Assembly (NCBI GenBank): GCA_963828465.1
Contig: CAWHEU010000007.1
Location: forward strand, 19,039 to 83,038
Length of the DNA stretch: 64,000 nucleotides
DNA from: an uncultured Acidobacteriota bacterium
GTDB lineage: Bacteria > Actinomycetota > Acidimicrobiia > Spongiisociales > ZC4RG35
Direction: 5' to 3'
The notes under the pieces are model-generated. The model was not told the DNA's origin. It saw only the letters and a list, made by a program, of their open reading frames with translations, and made no database searches. This document shows, in pieces, positions 45,762 to 56,146 of this stretch. The translations under genes were made by a program, and so were the position numbers. Positions within the stretch are counted from its first letter, which is position 1. Every line of letters begins with the position of its first letter.

Positions 45762-47620
45762 CAACGATTCGAGGTATCGCCAAGGCGAGATGGTGGCTGC
45801 TGGCGGCCGCCGCAATCCTGGCCTATGTGGTCTCCGGCGAGTTGGCCGAGTACCGCAATGCCAACCTTCCGCCGTTCGAGGCAATGGCGACGGTCACCTT
45901 CACCGAGGACCCGCAGGCCCTGGAGCGCGAAGACTTCGAGACCATGCTCGAGACCCAGTTGGCTTTGGCGACGGATGTGAACTCTGACGTCATCGGCGAG
46001 ACTCCCGGAGCCTTCCTCCCCTGGTTGATGGCCGAAGTCGATCTCGAGAACGAAGCCAACCAGCTTCAGTTCATCGCCCGCGGCTTCACCCAGGCCGAAG
46101 CCGATGCGCTGGCAGAGAACATGCAGAAGAACTTCCTTGCCGTCGCCACGATTGGCGCCGGGCTGGACGGGATGAGGGAAGATCTGGAGGAGACATCAAC
46201 TGAGATCAAGACAATGCGTGACGAGCTCGCTGCTCTGCAGGCTGCCTCCCCTCCAACAGCGGACGAGGTGACGCAGCAGACACAGCGGACTGTTCTGGAG
46301 AACCAGGTGGCCGCCCTCCTGGCACACCAGGGGAACCTGACCACTCAGCTGATGAATCCGGAGCTGGTACTCCGCACGCCTGAATCGATCCAGGCCGAGA
46401 TGGACCGGACCATGGCGCGTCTCTCCGAGCTTCAGGCTCAGCTGGCCACGTTCCCTCCCATCGTGGACCCCGTGGCCCAGGATCAGCAGGATCCGGAGCT
46501 CACGCTCAAGAACCTCGAGCTGGCTCAGCTCGAGGCCAGATGGAACAGCCTCTTCACCGGCATCCTCGAGCAGGAAGCCCTCGCTAGGTCTGGCTCGGTG
46601 GACAGCAGGCCGGTGACACTCGATGCCGCTTCCACTTCGAGCAATCAGATGCTCGCCACCTTTGGGGCCATCGGCGCGGTTCTGATCGGGCTCATCGCAC
46701 TCGAACGTGGTCGGGGCATGATGTGGTCCGCCAAGGACCTCGATGAGGGACCGCCGGTCATCGTCGAGATGCCATCGCGGCCACTCAGCATCGTCCACCA
46801 TCCGACTGGCGAGCCCTGGTACCTCGAAAGCACAGGAGGTAGGCGGAAGGCTTCGATCCAGATGCTGCGCAGCCAGCTGGACGACCAGGACAATGCTGTC
46901 GTTGCCTTCCAGGGCAGCGGGATCTTCAAAGAGGACATTCGCGAGCTGACTGCTGACATTTCGGTGGCCGTCGCAGCGTCGGGTCGGAGCGTGCTCCTCC
47001 TCGACGCCACGTTCGACAAGACAAATCACATGATGGAGTGGGGCCCGGAGACTGGTCCCACCCTGTCCAGCCTGCTAAACGGCGCCGGCGGCGAGCGTGA
47101 GGAGTTGATCTCCGAGTACAAGACCGCCCTGGTGTCTTCACCCGAGGTCGTCCAGGGGTTGCGGGCTCTGCGCTCCGGCAACGGCAAGCGCGACGCCGCC
47201 GACGTTCTCTCCGGATACCGGTTCGAGGTGCTGCTCGAGGTGGCACGGGAGATCTTCGACCTGGTCATCATCGCAGGCACCAACTTGGGCGAAGCCGCCT
47301 CCCACGTGCTGGCCCAGAGGGTCGACTCCGTGATCCTGGTTGCCTCGGCGGGTCACACCGTCACCCGCTCACTCGAAGCCGCCGATCGCGACTTTGCCAT
47401 CCGACGCGCCACGCTGCTCGGGGTCGTGCTGCTTCGTCGTCGTCGGACCAAGCTCACCCGGTGGGCTTCGACCGGCTTCCGCTCGCGGATGTGGAAGACC
47501 GTGGATGGATTCGCAGAGGGCCGGGCCAAGGGCGACCCGGATGGGGAAGAGGGCATCGATCTGGATGTCGAAGACGATGGACAGGGCAAGGACGGCGCCC
47601 ATGTCCGACCTGACAAGTAG
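45758..47620 (+). CDS. Wzc/Wzz-like polysaccharide co-polymerase with degenerate kinase domain
   Basis: TM, coiled coil, TM, then a CapB-like fold (GRSVLLLDA, FDLVII, VDSVILV, LLGVVL) lacking Walker A and the Tyr cluster. Confidence 0.75.
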   Translation: MTTIRGIAKARWWLLAAAAILAYVVSGELAEYRNANLPPFEAMATVTFTEDPQALEREDFETMLETQLALATDVNSDVIGETPGAFLPWLMAEVDLENEANQLQFIARGFTQAEADALAENMQKNFLAVATIGAGLDGMREDLEETSTEIKTMRDELAALQAASPPTADEVTQQTQRTVLENQVAALLAHQGNLTTQLMNPELVLRTPESIQAEMDRTMARLSELQAQLATFPPIVDPVAQDQQDPELTLKNLELAQLEARWNSLFTGILEQEALARSGSVDSRPVTLDAASTSSNQMLATFGAIGAVLIGLIALERGRGMMWSAKDLDEGPPVIVEMPSRPLSIVHHPTGEPWYLESTGGRRKASIQMLRSQLDDQDNAVVAFQGSGIFKEDIRELTADISVAVAASGRSVLLLDATFDKTNHMMEWGPETGPTLSSLLNGAGGEREELISEYKTALVSSPEVVQGLRALRSGNGKRDAADVLSGYRFEVLLEVAREIFDLVIIAGTNLGEAASHVLAQRVDSVILVASAGHTVTRSLEAADRDFAIRRATLLGVVLLRRRRTKLTRWASTGFRSRMWKTVDGFAEGRAKGDPDGEEGIDLDVEDDGQGKDGAHVRPDK

Positions 47621-48476
47621 CCCGTCGTTGACGCCCGTAGAGGGTGGCCATGTGCCGCCCTCTTCGGACTTGCGTTCGATGGCACGTGAGGTCCTGCGAA
47701 CGGCGGCAAAAGGCTCGTTCGCCGCTGCTGACCTCTTCCTGGGCGACTGGCCCGGACCCCGCATCCTGATCTATCACCAGATTGGGGCCGGCTCCGGATT
47801 CCAGATGGACATTTCTCCTGAGCTGTTCCGGGGCCACGTCAAGTGGTTGCTGGACCATGGCCGGATCGTCGGCTTCGGTGACGCCCTCTCTGGGGCCGAC
47901 GATCCGGAATCAAACCGCCAGTTCGTGCTGACATTCGACGACGGTTACGCGGATTTCTACGAGAATGGCTTCCCGCTTCTGCGTGAGCAGGGGATTCCGT
48001 TCACGCTGTATCTGACTAGCGGTCATATCGAGACCGGAGAGCTGCTGCATCCGGGAGATCGGCCCTTGAGCTGGGATCAGGTCGACGACATGCTGTCGAC
48101 CGGTCTGGTGACTCTTGGAGCCCACACCCACACCCACCCAGATCTGCGTGGTCTGGGCGTGGAGCAGATCGAAGAGGAGATTGGCCAGTCGAACCAGCTC
48201 ATCGAGCTGCGCACCGGGCAGATTCCTGCGCACTTTGCCTATCCGAAGGGCTTGTGGGACGAGGCTGCCGAGGAGGTCGTTCGGGCTAACTACTCGACAG
48301 CTGTGCTGGGGGGAGGATCCCCGGTTACACAAAGCACGGACCGCTTTAGGATTGGCCGGGTGCCGGTCCAGCGGTCCGATCGGCAGTTCTTTTTCACGCG
48401 CAAGTTGGCGCGAGGGATGAGGATGGAGGAGCGGGTGAGGGGCCTCGTCAGGGGCTACCGGAACCCTGTTGGATGA
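47601..48476 (+). CDS. CE4 polysaccharide deacetylase
   Basis: ILIYH, LTFDDGY, GAHTHTHPDL, FAYPKG. Confidence 0.9.
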   Translation: MSDLTSSPSLTPVEGGHVPPSSDLRSMAREVLRTAAKGSFAAADLFLGDWPGPRILIYHQIGAGSGFQMDISPELFRGHVKWLLDHGRIVGFGDALSGADDPESNRQFVLTFDDGYADFYENGFPLLREQGIPFTLYLTSGHIETGELLHPGDRPLSWDQVDDMLSTGLVTLGAHTHTHPDLRGLGVEQIEEEIGQSNQLIELRTGQIPAHFAYPKGLWDEAAEEVVRANYSTAVLGGGSPVTQSTDRFRIGRVPVQRSDRQFFFTRKLARGMRMEERVRGLVRGYRNPVG

Positions 48477-48509
48477 ATCTTTTGGGGGCTTGAGAAGGGT
48501 GCGAGGGAG

Positions 48510-48857
48510 ATGAAAAACGTTCAGAAGGTGCGATCGCTTGTCGCGCTCGCCTTTGTGACGACGCTGGTCTTGGTGCCGGCTGTCGGCGCACTGGCAGACG
48601 CCGGGACGGTCGTGGCCCAGGAGACGCCTTATCAGGCGCCCGACATCGAAGAGCGCGAGGCGCCGGACTGGCTCAAGCCACTGGAACCGCTGGCTCGTCT
48701 CCCGCTGTGGGGTCAGGCTGCGGTACTGTCGGCCGGTATCGCCGGGCTCTTCTTCGTTGTGCCGATGGTGGGCAAGTGGGTCTGGAGACTCGGCCCGGGG
48801 CACGACGACGAGTTTGACGACGACGAGTTTGACGACGACAACGAGCCCGCGCTGTGA
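48510..48857 (+). CDS. Small signal-peptide/TM protein with acidic C-terminal tail
   Basis: SD GAGGGAG; signal peptide (ALA-D), second hydrophobic helix, DDEFDDDEFDDD tail; GTGA overlap with the next gene. Confidence 0.75.
   Translation: MKNVQKVRSLVALAFVTTLVLVPAVGALADAGTVVAQETPYQAPDIEEREAPDWLKPLEPLARLPLWGQAAVLSAGIAGLFFVVPMVGKWVWRLGPGHDDEFDDDEFDDDNEPAL
48804..48839 (+). repeat. 15-bp tandem repeat (GACGACGAGTTTGAC) x2.4
   Basis: Direct reading; encodes DDEFD repeats. Confidence 0.85.
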
Positions 48858-49732
48858 CGGTCGTCAAGTCTCTCCCCACTCCTGGCCAGTACGAGCCAAC
48901 ACGCGAAGTCGCCGAGTTGCATGGGGCAACCGAGCCGGCCCGTGTAGAGATCTCTGTGGTTCTCCCGTGTCTGAACGAAGAGTTGGCCGTGGCCGATTGT
49001 GTCGCTTCGATACAGAACGTCCTCGACGATCTGGGTAAGCCCTATGAGGTGATCGTGGTCGACAATGGCTCCACGGATGCATCAGCTGCCCGAGCCGGAG
49101 ACGCTGGGGCCCGAGTGATCCACGAGTCTGTGCCGGGGTACGGAAGCGCATGTCGCGCCGGATTGGATGCCGCCCACGGCCGGGTGTTGGTCCTCGGCGA
49201 TGCTGACGGGACCTACGACTTCACGGCGATCCCCGAGCTGGTGTCTCTACTGGACGGGAATACCGATATCGCTCTCGGCAATCGCCTCGCCGGGCCGATC
49301 GAGCCAGGGGCCATGCCGTGGACCCATCGCCGTCTGGGAACTCCTTTCCTCACCGGTGCGGTGAACCTCCTCTACGGGGCCGAGATAGGGGATGTCAATT
49401 GCGGGATCCGGGCGATTACCAGTAGTGCCTACGGAAGGTTGGATGCCTCGGCTACCGGCATGGAGTTCGCTTCGGAGTTCCTGGTCCGTGCCGTCCAGCG
49501 TGACATGACGATCAGGCAGGTGCCAGTGCCGTATCGACGTCGTCGCGGAGGGGACGTCAAGCTGCGCACCTTCTCGGATGGCTGGCGGCACCTACGACTC
49601 GTGGTTGGGATGTGGCGCTCAGAAGGTCGTCGTGTCGGTCCGGCACCTGTAGTCGTCCTTGCCGGCAACTCAGACCTGACCGTCGACCTGAGGACGGCGG
49701 GGGGGACCGATGCGGATCGCCTTCGTCTATGA
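48854..49732 (+). CDS. GT2, DPM1-like polyprenol-phosphate glycosyltransferase
   Basis: VVLPCLNEE, VVDNGSTD, GYG, GDADGTYD, DVNCGIR, GMEFASE, KLRTFSDGWRHL. Confidence 0.9.
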   Translation: MTVVKSLPTPGQYEPTREVAELHGATEPARVEISVVLPCLNEELAVADCVASIQNVLDDLGKPYEVIVVDNGSTDASAARAGDAGARVIHESVPGYGSACRAGLDAAHGRVLVLGDADGTYDFTAIPELVSLLDGNTDIALGNRLAGPIEPGAMPWTHRRLGTPFLTGAVNLLYGAEIGDVNCGIRAITSSAYGRLDASATGMEFASEFLVRAVQRDMTIRQVPVPYRRRRGGDVKLRTFSDGWRHLRLVVGMWRSEGRRVGPAPVVVLAGNSDLTVDLRTAGGTDADRLRL

Positions 49733-50867
49733 CACGGTCTACCCGGAGACCAAGGGCGGCGTAGAGAAGAGGGTTTGGGAGCTGGCGCGTCGCCTCGCCA
49801 CACGGGGCCACGAGGTGCATCTGCTTGTCCCCCATGCGTGGGATGGCCCTGCCCGGATCGTGCGGGAGGGTGTGACCTTTCTGGGTGTATGCCGTAGTCG
49901 CGACCTCTACACCACCAGGGGACGACGCGCGAGTGTGGCCAGCCCTGGCACATGCCGTCGGAGTCTTCCGTGCCCTCCGCAGTGATCGATTCGACCTCGT
50001 CGACACTCAGACCCCGGCGCTCCCGGCGGCTCTCGCCGTACGGGCGGCTCTAGCCGGACCATCGTCGACCATGCAAGTCGTCACCTGGCATGAGGCGTGG
50101 GACGAGAGCTGGGTGGACGAGATGGGCGCTCTCGGCCACGTGGGGAAGCTGGTAGAACGTCGGGTTTCCCGACTCCCGGTGACCCACATCGCGGCTTCTC
50201 AGTTCACGGCTGAAAGGCTCACGAACCTGGGCCTGTCGGTCGAGGCGGTGGTGGTCGCCGGAGTCGACGCGGTGGAAGATGGCCCGACGGCGGATGCAAT
50301 GGTCGCCGACATCCTTTTTGTTGGGCGACTCGTCCCGACAAAGAACCTGGGTCTCCTCATCGATGCCACTGCTGAGCTGGTGTCGAGAGGTATGACACCA
50401 AAGGTCATTGTCATCGGCGACGGGCCGCAACGCGCCGTCTGGGAGGCTCAAGCTGCACATGAGGGGCTCTCGGACGTCATCGAGTTCGCGGGAACCTTCT
50501 ACGACGGGAACGAGGTAATGGCGGCCTTGAGATCCGCCCGGGTGCTGGCGCTTCCGTCCGTGCGTGAAGGCTTCGGGATGATCGGCCTCGAGGCCGCAGC
50601 CCACGGAGTACCTGTGGTGACCGTCGATCACGAGCGCAATGCGGCTAGACATCTGGTGACCCATGGCGTCACGGGGCTCTGTGTGCCTCCGACTCCGAAG
50701 CTGTTCGCTGACGCCCTCCAGTCCCTGCTCGATGATGAGGAGCTCCGCCTGCGACTTTCTCGAGCGGCCTTCGAGAGCGCTCGACACGCCACGTGGGACC
50801 GCGCTGTCGACCAGACCGAGGCCGTCTATCGGGTGTGGGTGGCAGAGCCTTCGCCTCGAATCGATGA
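49710..50867 (+). CDS. GT4 glycosyltransferase (frameshifts near 49930 and 50830)
   Basis: MRIAFVYDTVYPETKGGVEKR joins ORF 49885 (TWHEAW, FVGRL..K, PSVREGFGMIGLEA); probable stop at 50865-50867 overlapping the next ATG. Confidence 0.82.
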
Positions 50868-52155
50868 AGCGCTCACGGCCCGAGACTCCTGGCATCAGAT
50901 CTCGACACACGAGCAACCCGTCGACAGTGCTCAATCATCTAGGTGGGTTAGCTCGGCGGCGTCCGACACGTCGTGGCGGCGACATCGCCAATTGGCCGGA
51001 TGTGGATGGCCTGAAGCTGGTCGGGTATTGCGACCATTTCCACCCACCAATGATCGGGGGGTCCGAGCGAGTCGCGCTCGAGGTCTACACGGCGATGAGA
51101 GAACGGGGGGCGGACATATCGGTCCTGACTGCGCTGCCGGGAGCCAAGAGTGAATGGTCGAGTGTGGAAGGTACGCCCACTTGGACACATCCAATGATCG
51201 ACTTGACCGATGCCCTCAAACTTCAATTCGGACTGTCACCAGGTCTTCTCCGTCGCTCCGTGGCGATCGTGCAGGAAAAAGAGCCCCGCGTGCTCGCATG
51301 CCTCGAGCATCCACTTTCAATCGGCCAGGGTCGCCGCAGCGACCGCCGGAGAACGGGGCTGCCTCTGGTGACCACGGCTCATGTCGGATCGATCGAGCAT
51401 CTTCCTCTGGCGCCCCGACTGGCAACAGACGCGTACGAACGCTCGATCGGGTCGAGGATCCTCGCCGCCTCGACGAAGGTGATCGCAGTCTCTGAGTCGG
51501 TGGCCGCCCATGTCATCGAACTGGGTGCATCACCGGAGAAGGTCGTCGTTGTTCCCAATGGCGTGGACACAAATCGGTTTCGGCCGACGGACGAAGCGAA
51601 GGAGCAACCAAATCGCCTTTGTGGGGCGTCTTGTCAGCAACAAGGGAGCCGAGGACGCTTTGGAAGCCTTTGCGAAGCTCGGTCGGAGCGACTGGCAGTT
51701 CGTTTTCGTCGGCGATGGACCTATGAGGCGCCGACTCGAGCTCAAGGCATCGGAGCTTGGTGTGGGCGGCAGTGTCCAGTTTCTGGGCGCACGCAGATGA
51801 CGTCCCCGCCCTCCTCTCCCGGTCTGCGATTGTTGTGAGACCGTCCTTGACTGAGGGTCGTTCTCTGACGATTTTGGAGGCGATGGCCTCGGGAGCTTGC
51901 GTGGTCGCATCAGACATCGTTCCTAATCGAGAGCTGATACGACACGGTGTCACCGGCATATTGACGCCGGTGGGGGACCGCCTGCTCCTCGCCGAAGCCC
52001 TCAGACGGCTGGTAGACGACGCTGCCCGGCGACTCTCGATCGGAGCGGCGGCACGTGATGCAATTCTGCGATCGACATGGGACGCCACCGCAAGCAAGAC
52101 GGCAGAGGTACTGTTGGAAGCCGCGAGTCGAGGAGTCATCGCCGGGAGCCGGTAG
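50864..52155 (+). CDS. GT4 glycosyltransferase (several frameshifts)
   Basis: Fragments FHPPMIGGSER, VVPNGVD, FVGRLVSNKG, VGDGP, PSLTEGRSLTILEAMASG in three frames; start 50864 or ~51002. Confidence 0.8.
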
Positions 52156-52247
52156 CTCTCTGCAATTGATCAGGGTTCAACCTTCTCGGGATGCTCGAAG
52201 GTCATCGGCTGCAGACGACATGGCGACACCAAATTCAAAGAAGACGC

Positions 52248-52835
52248 ATGAGCACTTACAAGGCCAGGGTTCTAGAAGCCATCGAGGCGCACTGTGGGAC
52301 CGCCTTTCCTGCATCCACAGCGCTGGATCTAGGCGCTGGTGACGGCTGGTATGCGGCGGAAATGAAGGAGCGTGGCCTCGTCGGGTCCGTCCGTGCACTG
52401 GAGGTGCGGTCGCCGTCCTGAACGCGTTGAGTCGAGGTCGAGATTTACGACGGCGAGCGCATCCCAATGGTCGACCGAAGCGTCGAGCTTGCCTATGCCT
52501 TCGACGTGCTGCACCACTGTCCGGAACCTGTGGCTGTCTTGCGCGAATTGATGCGTTGCACGGACAGGTATCTCTTGCTCAAGGATCACACGTTCCGCAA
52601 CCGGTCGGATCGGTGGGTTCTGGCTGCTCTCGATGAGATCGGCAACCGCCGCTTCGGCGTGCCCTCGGTGCACAAATACCAGCGCGGGTGGGAATGGGTG
52701 GGGCGGATTGAAGCAGAAGGGTTTGAGCGTTGCGCTCTTGTTACGCCGGTGAGGCTTGCGGGTTTCCCCCTTGGCCTGGTGGCCAACAAGTTGCAGTTCA
52801 TCGGACTGTGGCGGCGGACGGGTGGTCCAGGCTGA
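52248..52835 (+). CDS. Class I SAM-dependent methyltransferase (local indels at 52405-52430)
   Basis: LDLGAGDG motif I, YDGERIP, DVLHHC, LLKDH. Confidence 0.8.
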
Positions 52836-52865
52836 AATCAAACCTAATATTCGGTAACTGCGCTG

Positions 52866-54447
52866 CTAGCCCTTCTGAGGGAGCTCCAAGACCACCAAAT
52901 TGGAGCTGTCGTCGATCACCTTGAGCGACCGAGCGAACTCGCTCTCCAGCCAGAGTGCAGATGGCCCGCGGCGGTCCACAACCACGAATCGCGCTCCCAT
53001 CTGATCGAGGAGGCCAGCGGCTGTGGACGGGTCAGTCTGGAAGACACGATTGGCTTGGGCTCCTTGGTCACGCTCCTGCGGCGACGCCAGGAAGTCGACA
53101 TTTCCGCCCGGGTAGCTTGGCCTTTCTGCATATCCCTGCACCCACCACCCGACCTGATTCTCATGGTGCCCGGCAGACGCAACTACCAGATCGCCGGGGC
53201 GCGAGACTTCCATCATGTGCTCAAGAGCCGCGATCTCTCCGTGGTCGACAACGCGGTACCAATCGGTGGCAACGTCATAGTCGGAATAGCCACTGGCCAC
53301 GACCGCAAAGATCAGGACGACACCCAGGACTGCGAGAGCATCACGGGCATAGACGTTTCGACGACGCCTGGCTTCTCGGAACAACTCGGCGTATCCCGGG
53401 ATCGCAATCATTACGAGACCCATCTGTGTCAGTAGGAGGGCACGAGGTTCACCGATTGCCAAGAAGAAGACGAGAGAGACCAGCACCCAGGAGCCCCCGA
53501 CAGCCACTGTGGCCGCGTTGGGACCGGACCACTTCCTCGACATACTCAAGACGAGTGCAAATGCCGTCACCACTAGCCATGGAATCGTTGCCTCGTTGAT
53601 CATGTGCACGACCGACTCACTCCAGGTCAGATCACCGGGATTGAGGGATGGTTGGCGGCCCGCTCTCTCACCAAGCACCAGGTCGATGGCAACGAAGGCG
53701 GCAGCGGGGAGGGTGACAACGACAGCGTCCATAAGCCCGCTGATCCACTTCCTACGAGGCCGCGCGTGTCAGGTACAACCAATGCATGGCAGCCACGAAC
53801 AGAGCCCCGACCATCAAGCCTCCTACGAGGTTGTGCGTAAAAAGAGTCGATGCCACAGCCACAGCACTGATAGCGAGATGACGCACATTTCGCGACTCCA
53901 GATAGTGGATGAGGTAGAACACTGCGACTACTCCCAGGGCCGTTCCCAGCTGCTGCGTGTACCCGCCCCAGGCGTACATCTCAGCGTATGCCCCAGATAT
54001 CCCAACCATCACTGCCGCGGCGGCGGCATAACCCTGCCCTACCGGCCGGACCACGAGGTATACGGCAAGTACCAATGCGACCTTGGAGATGACGCCAGCG
54101 GCAGTTATCGCAAGGACGGAATCGGCCACCCCTAGGAGCAGACCAAGGAGCACCGGAAAGCCCGGCAGGTAAGTCGCTTCGCTGGCAGCCAGCACCTCGC
54201 CCCCAAATCTGTCTTTGGCCATCGCCAGCCACCCTCCGGGATCCGTCCCAGAGGGAACCGCACCTGGTACGGCCACGTGGACAACGATGAACGCAATCGC
54301 CAGCGCCCCAGCGATGACCAGGTCAGTCCACCAAGGAGGTCTTTCCTGGCTCGCCTCAGTCCACTGCTCGGTGTCGGCCGCGGTACCACGTAGGTCGCTT
54401 CCAATCGACATCAGGGATGGTTCAACCCGGTCGGGTGGAGAGTTCAT
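52866..54447 (-). CDS. GT-C-like polytopic membrane protein, paralogue A (frameshift near 53750)
   Basis: VPSGTDPGGWL loop after TM1, YAWGGYTQ, many TMs, C-terminal soluble domain DWYR..VGWWVQGYA..FVVVDRRGP. Confidence 0.7.
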
Positions 54448-56111
54448 GGGCTTTCCCCTCGAGGAACATCGAGGACGACCATGTTCGAAGAGTCGTCTAC
54501 CACCGTGAAGGTCTGAGCGAGGTCGCTCCTCAACCACCTGGCGTCGGGGCCCCGACGATCTACGACAACGAAGTCTGCTCCTGTGGTGTCCAGGAGCGCT
54601 AGCGCGGCGGCGTCGGTGAGATCGCCACTGAAGAAAGTATTCGCCAACTCCGCCTGCTCTCGCTCGTCGGGAAAGGCCAGGTAAGAAGTGTCGTGGGCCG
54701 AATAGGTGCGACGTTGGGCGTAACCCTGAGTCCACCATCCCACCGGCATGCTGTGAGGTCCCCTGGACGCAAGGACCAGATCCTCGAGAGTCGAGGCTGC
54801 CCGTAGGCGGTCCAGCGATTCCAGTTCCGCCTCGTCCACCAGGCGATACCAGTCAACCGAGCTGGAGTAATTCGCAAGACCGCTGATCACGAGTGAGCAG
54901 AAGAGCGAGATGCACGCGATGACGAACAGTGGATAGCCCCCGCCCCACGTCTTGCGCGCAGGGTCACGAGCATGACGCTTCGCGCTGAAAGAAGAGAGCA
55001 TCTCCGCAAGGGTCACGGAGGCGCAGACCACAGCGCCGACCTGAGCCACCATCAGGCCACGAGGTTCGGCGGTCACCAAAAAGAAGGCCAGCCCGACCAG
55101 GACCCAAGACATCCCCGATGCGACTGTGGCGGCGATAGTGGGTGGGCGTCTCCGTTTGAAAAGAACTGCGATTGCGCCGACAGTCACAATGGCCCACGGG
55201 ACAGGAGCTTCCCGCACAGTCTTGAGAAGGGACTCGAGCCTCCCGGTGTTCTCGGGATTGAGTGTCGGAACCACGCCCTCCGGGACCCACACCGACGTAA
55301 TGAGGACCACTAGACCAGCTACACCCGCGCCTGCCAGACCGATCAGGAATGCCCTGCGACGCCCCTCCGTCGGTCGCACCAAGTAAAGCCAGTAGGCAGT
55401 GGCGAGAACCAGAGCCACGACCAACAAGCCCCCGATCAAGGCATGCGTGGCCAGGGTCGCAGCCACGAGGGCGAGTCCCGTCCAAAGGTGCCTGGGTCGA
55501 CGCGTGTCGTAATAGCGAAGCAGGATGAACGTCGCGAGTAGACCAAATGCTGTGGCGAGAAGTTGCGGATACCCGCCCCACGCATATGCCTCCACCTGAT
55601 TCCCCGCGGTGGTCGCCACAATCGCTGCGGCCAGGGCGTAGCCGCGCCCGATGGGTCTGGTGCAGAGGTAGACGGCCAACGCCATGGCACCGATCGTGAT
55701 GATCGCGGCAAGGTCAAAACCGGCTATCGGCCCCCACAGTGACAACAGGCCAGCGAGCAACGCCGGGAACAGGGGCAAGTAGGTGACATCGGCCGCCATG
55801 ACGTCCCGGCCGAGTCTCTCGGTTGCGATTCCGAGCCAGTTGCCGGGGTCTGCGCCGGTCGGCACGAAGCGAGTCGCGATGCCATATAGAGCGAGAGCCC
55901 CAGCGAGTAGCAGAGTGACGTTCAGCGCGTCCAGGTACCACGATGTCGAGAGAAGCGAGTGGATTCGTCGCGCTTCGTACGGAAGCCGCGCGCCCGCGCC
56001 CGAGCGACGCGTTGCATCGGCGTCCACGTTGACTTTGCTATCCGTGCTCGAAGGGCGATTCGTGGTGCCAACGTACCGAATTGTCCGTACTATCTTCGAG
56101 AATTGCGGCAC
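54444..56111 (-). CDS. GT-C-like polytopic membrane protein, paralogue B (start uncertain)
   Basis: VPTGADPGNWL, YAWGGYPQ, DWYR, VGWWTQGYA, FVVVDRRGP, VVDDSSN: colinear with paralogue A. Confidence 0.72.
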   Translation of the reverse strand: MPQFSKIVRTIRYVGTTNRPSSTDSKVNVDADATRRSGAGARLPYEARRIHSLLSTSWYLDALNVTLLLAGALALYGIATRFVPTGADPGNWLGIATERLGRDVMAADVTYLPLFPALLAGLLSLWGPIAGFDLAAIITIGAMALAVYLCTRPIGRGYALAAAIVATTAGNQVEAYAWGGYPQLLATAFGLLATFILLRYYDTRRPRHLWTGLALVAATLATHALIGGLLVVALVLATAYWLYLVRPTEGRRRAFLIGLAGAGVAGLVVLITSVWVPEGVVPTLNPENTGRLESLLKTVREAPVPWAIVTVGAIAVLFKRRRPPTIAATVASGMSWVLVGLAFFLVTAEPRGLMVAQVGAVVCASVTLAEMLSSFSAKRHARDPARKTWGGGYPLFVIACISLFCSLVISGLANYSSSVDWYRLVDEAELESLDRLRAASTLEDLVLASRGPHSMPVGWWTQGYAQRRTYSAHDTSYLAFPDEREQAELANTFFSGDLTDAAALALLDTTGADFVVVDRRGPDARWLRSDLAQTFTVVDDSSNMVVLDVPRGESP

Positions 56112-56146
56112 ACGCTGGAAGGCACATCAACGGTGGGGGCTCTCGT

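Noticed and set aside
52405-52435. Two in-frame TGA codons in the methyltransferase (TGA ACG CGT TGA) as selenocysteine or readthrough
   Set aside because: A short compensating indel pair restores a plausible RRPERV-VEVEIYDG; there is no Cys-equivalent position or evident SECIS
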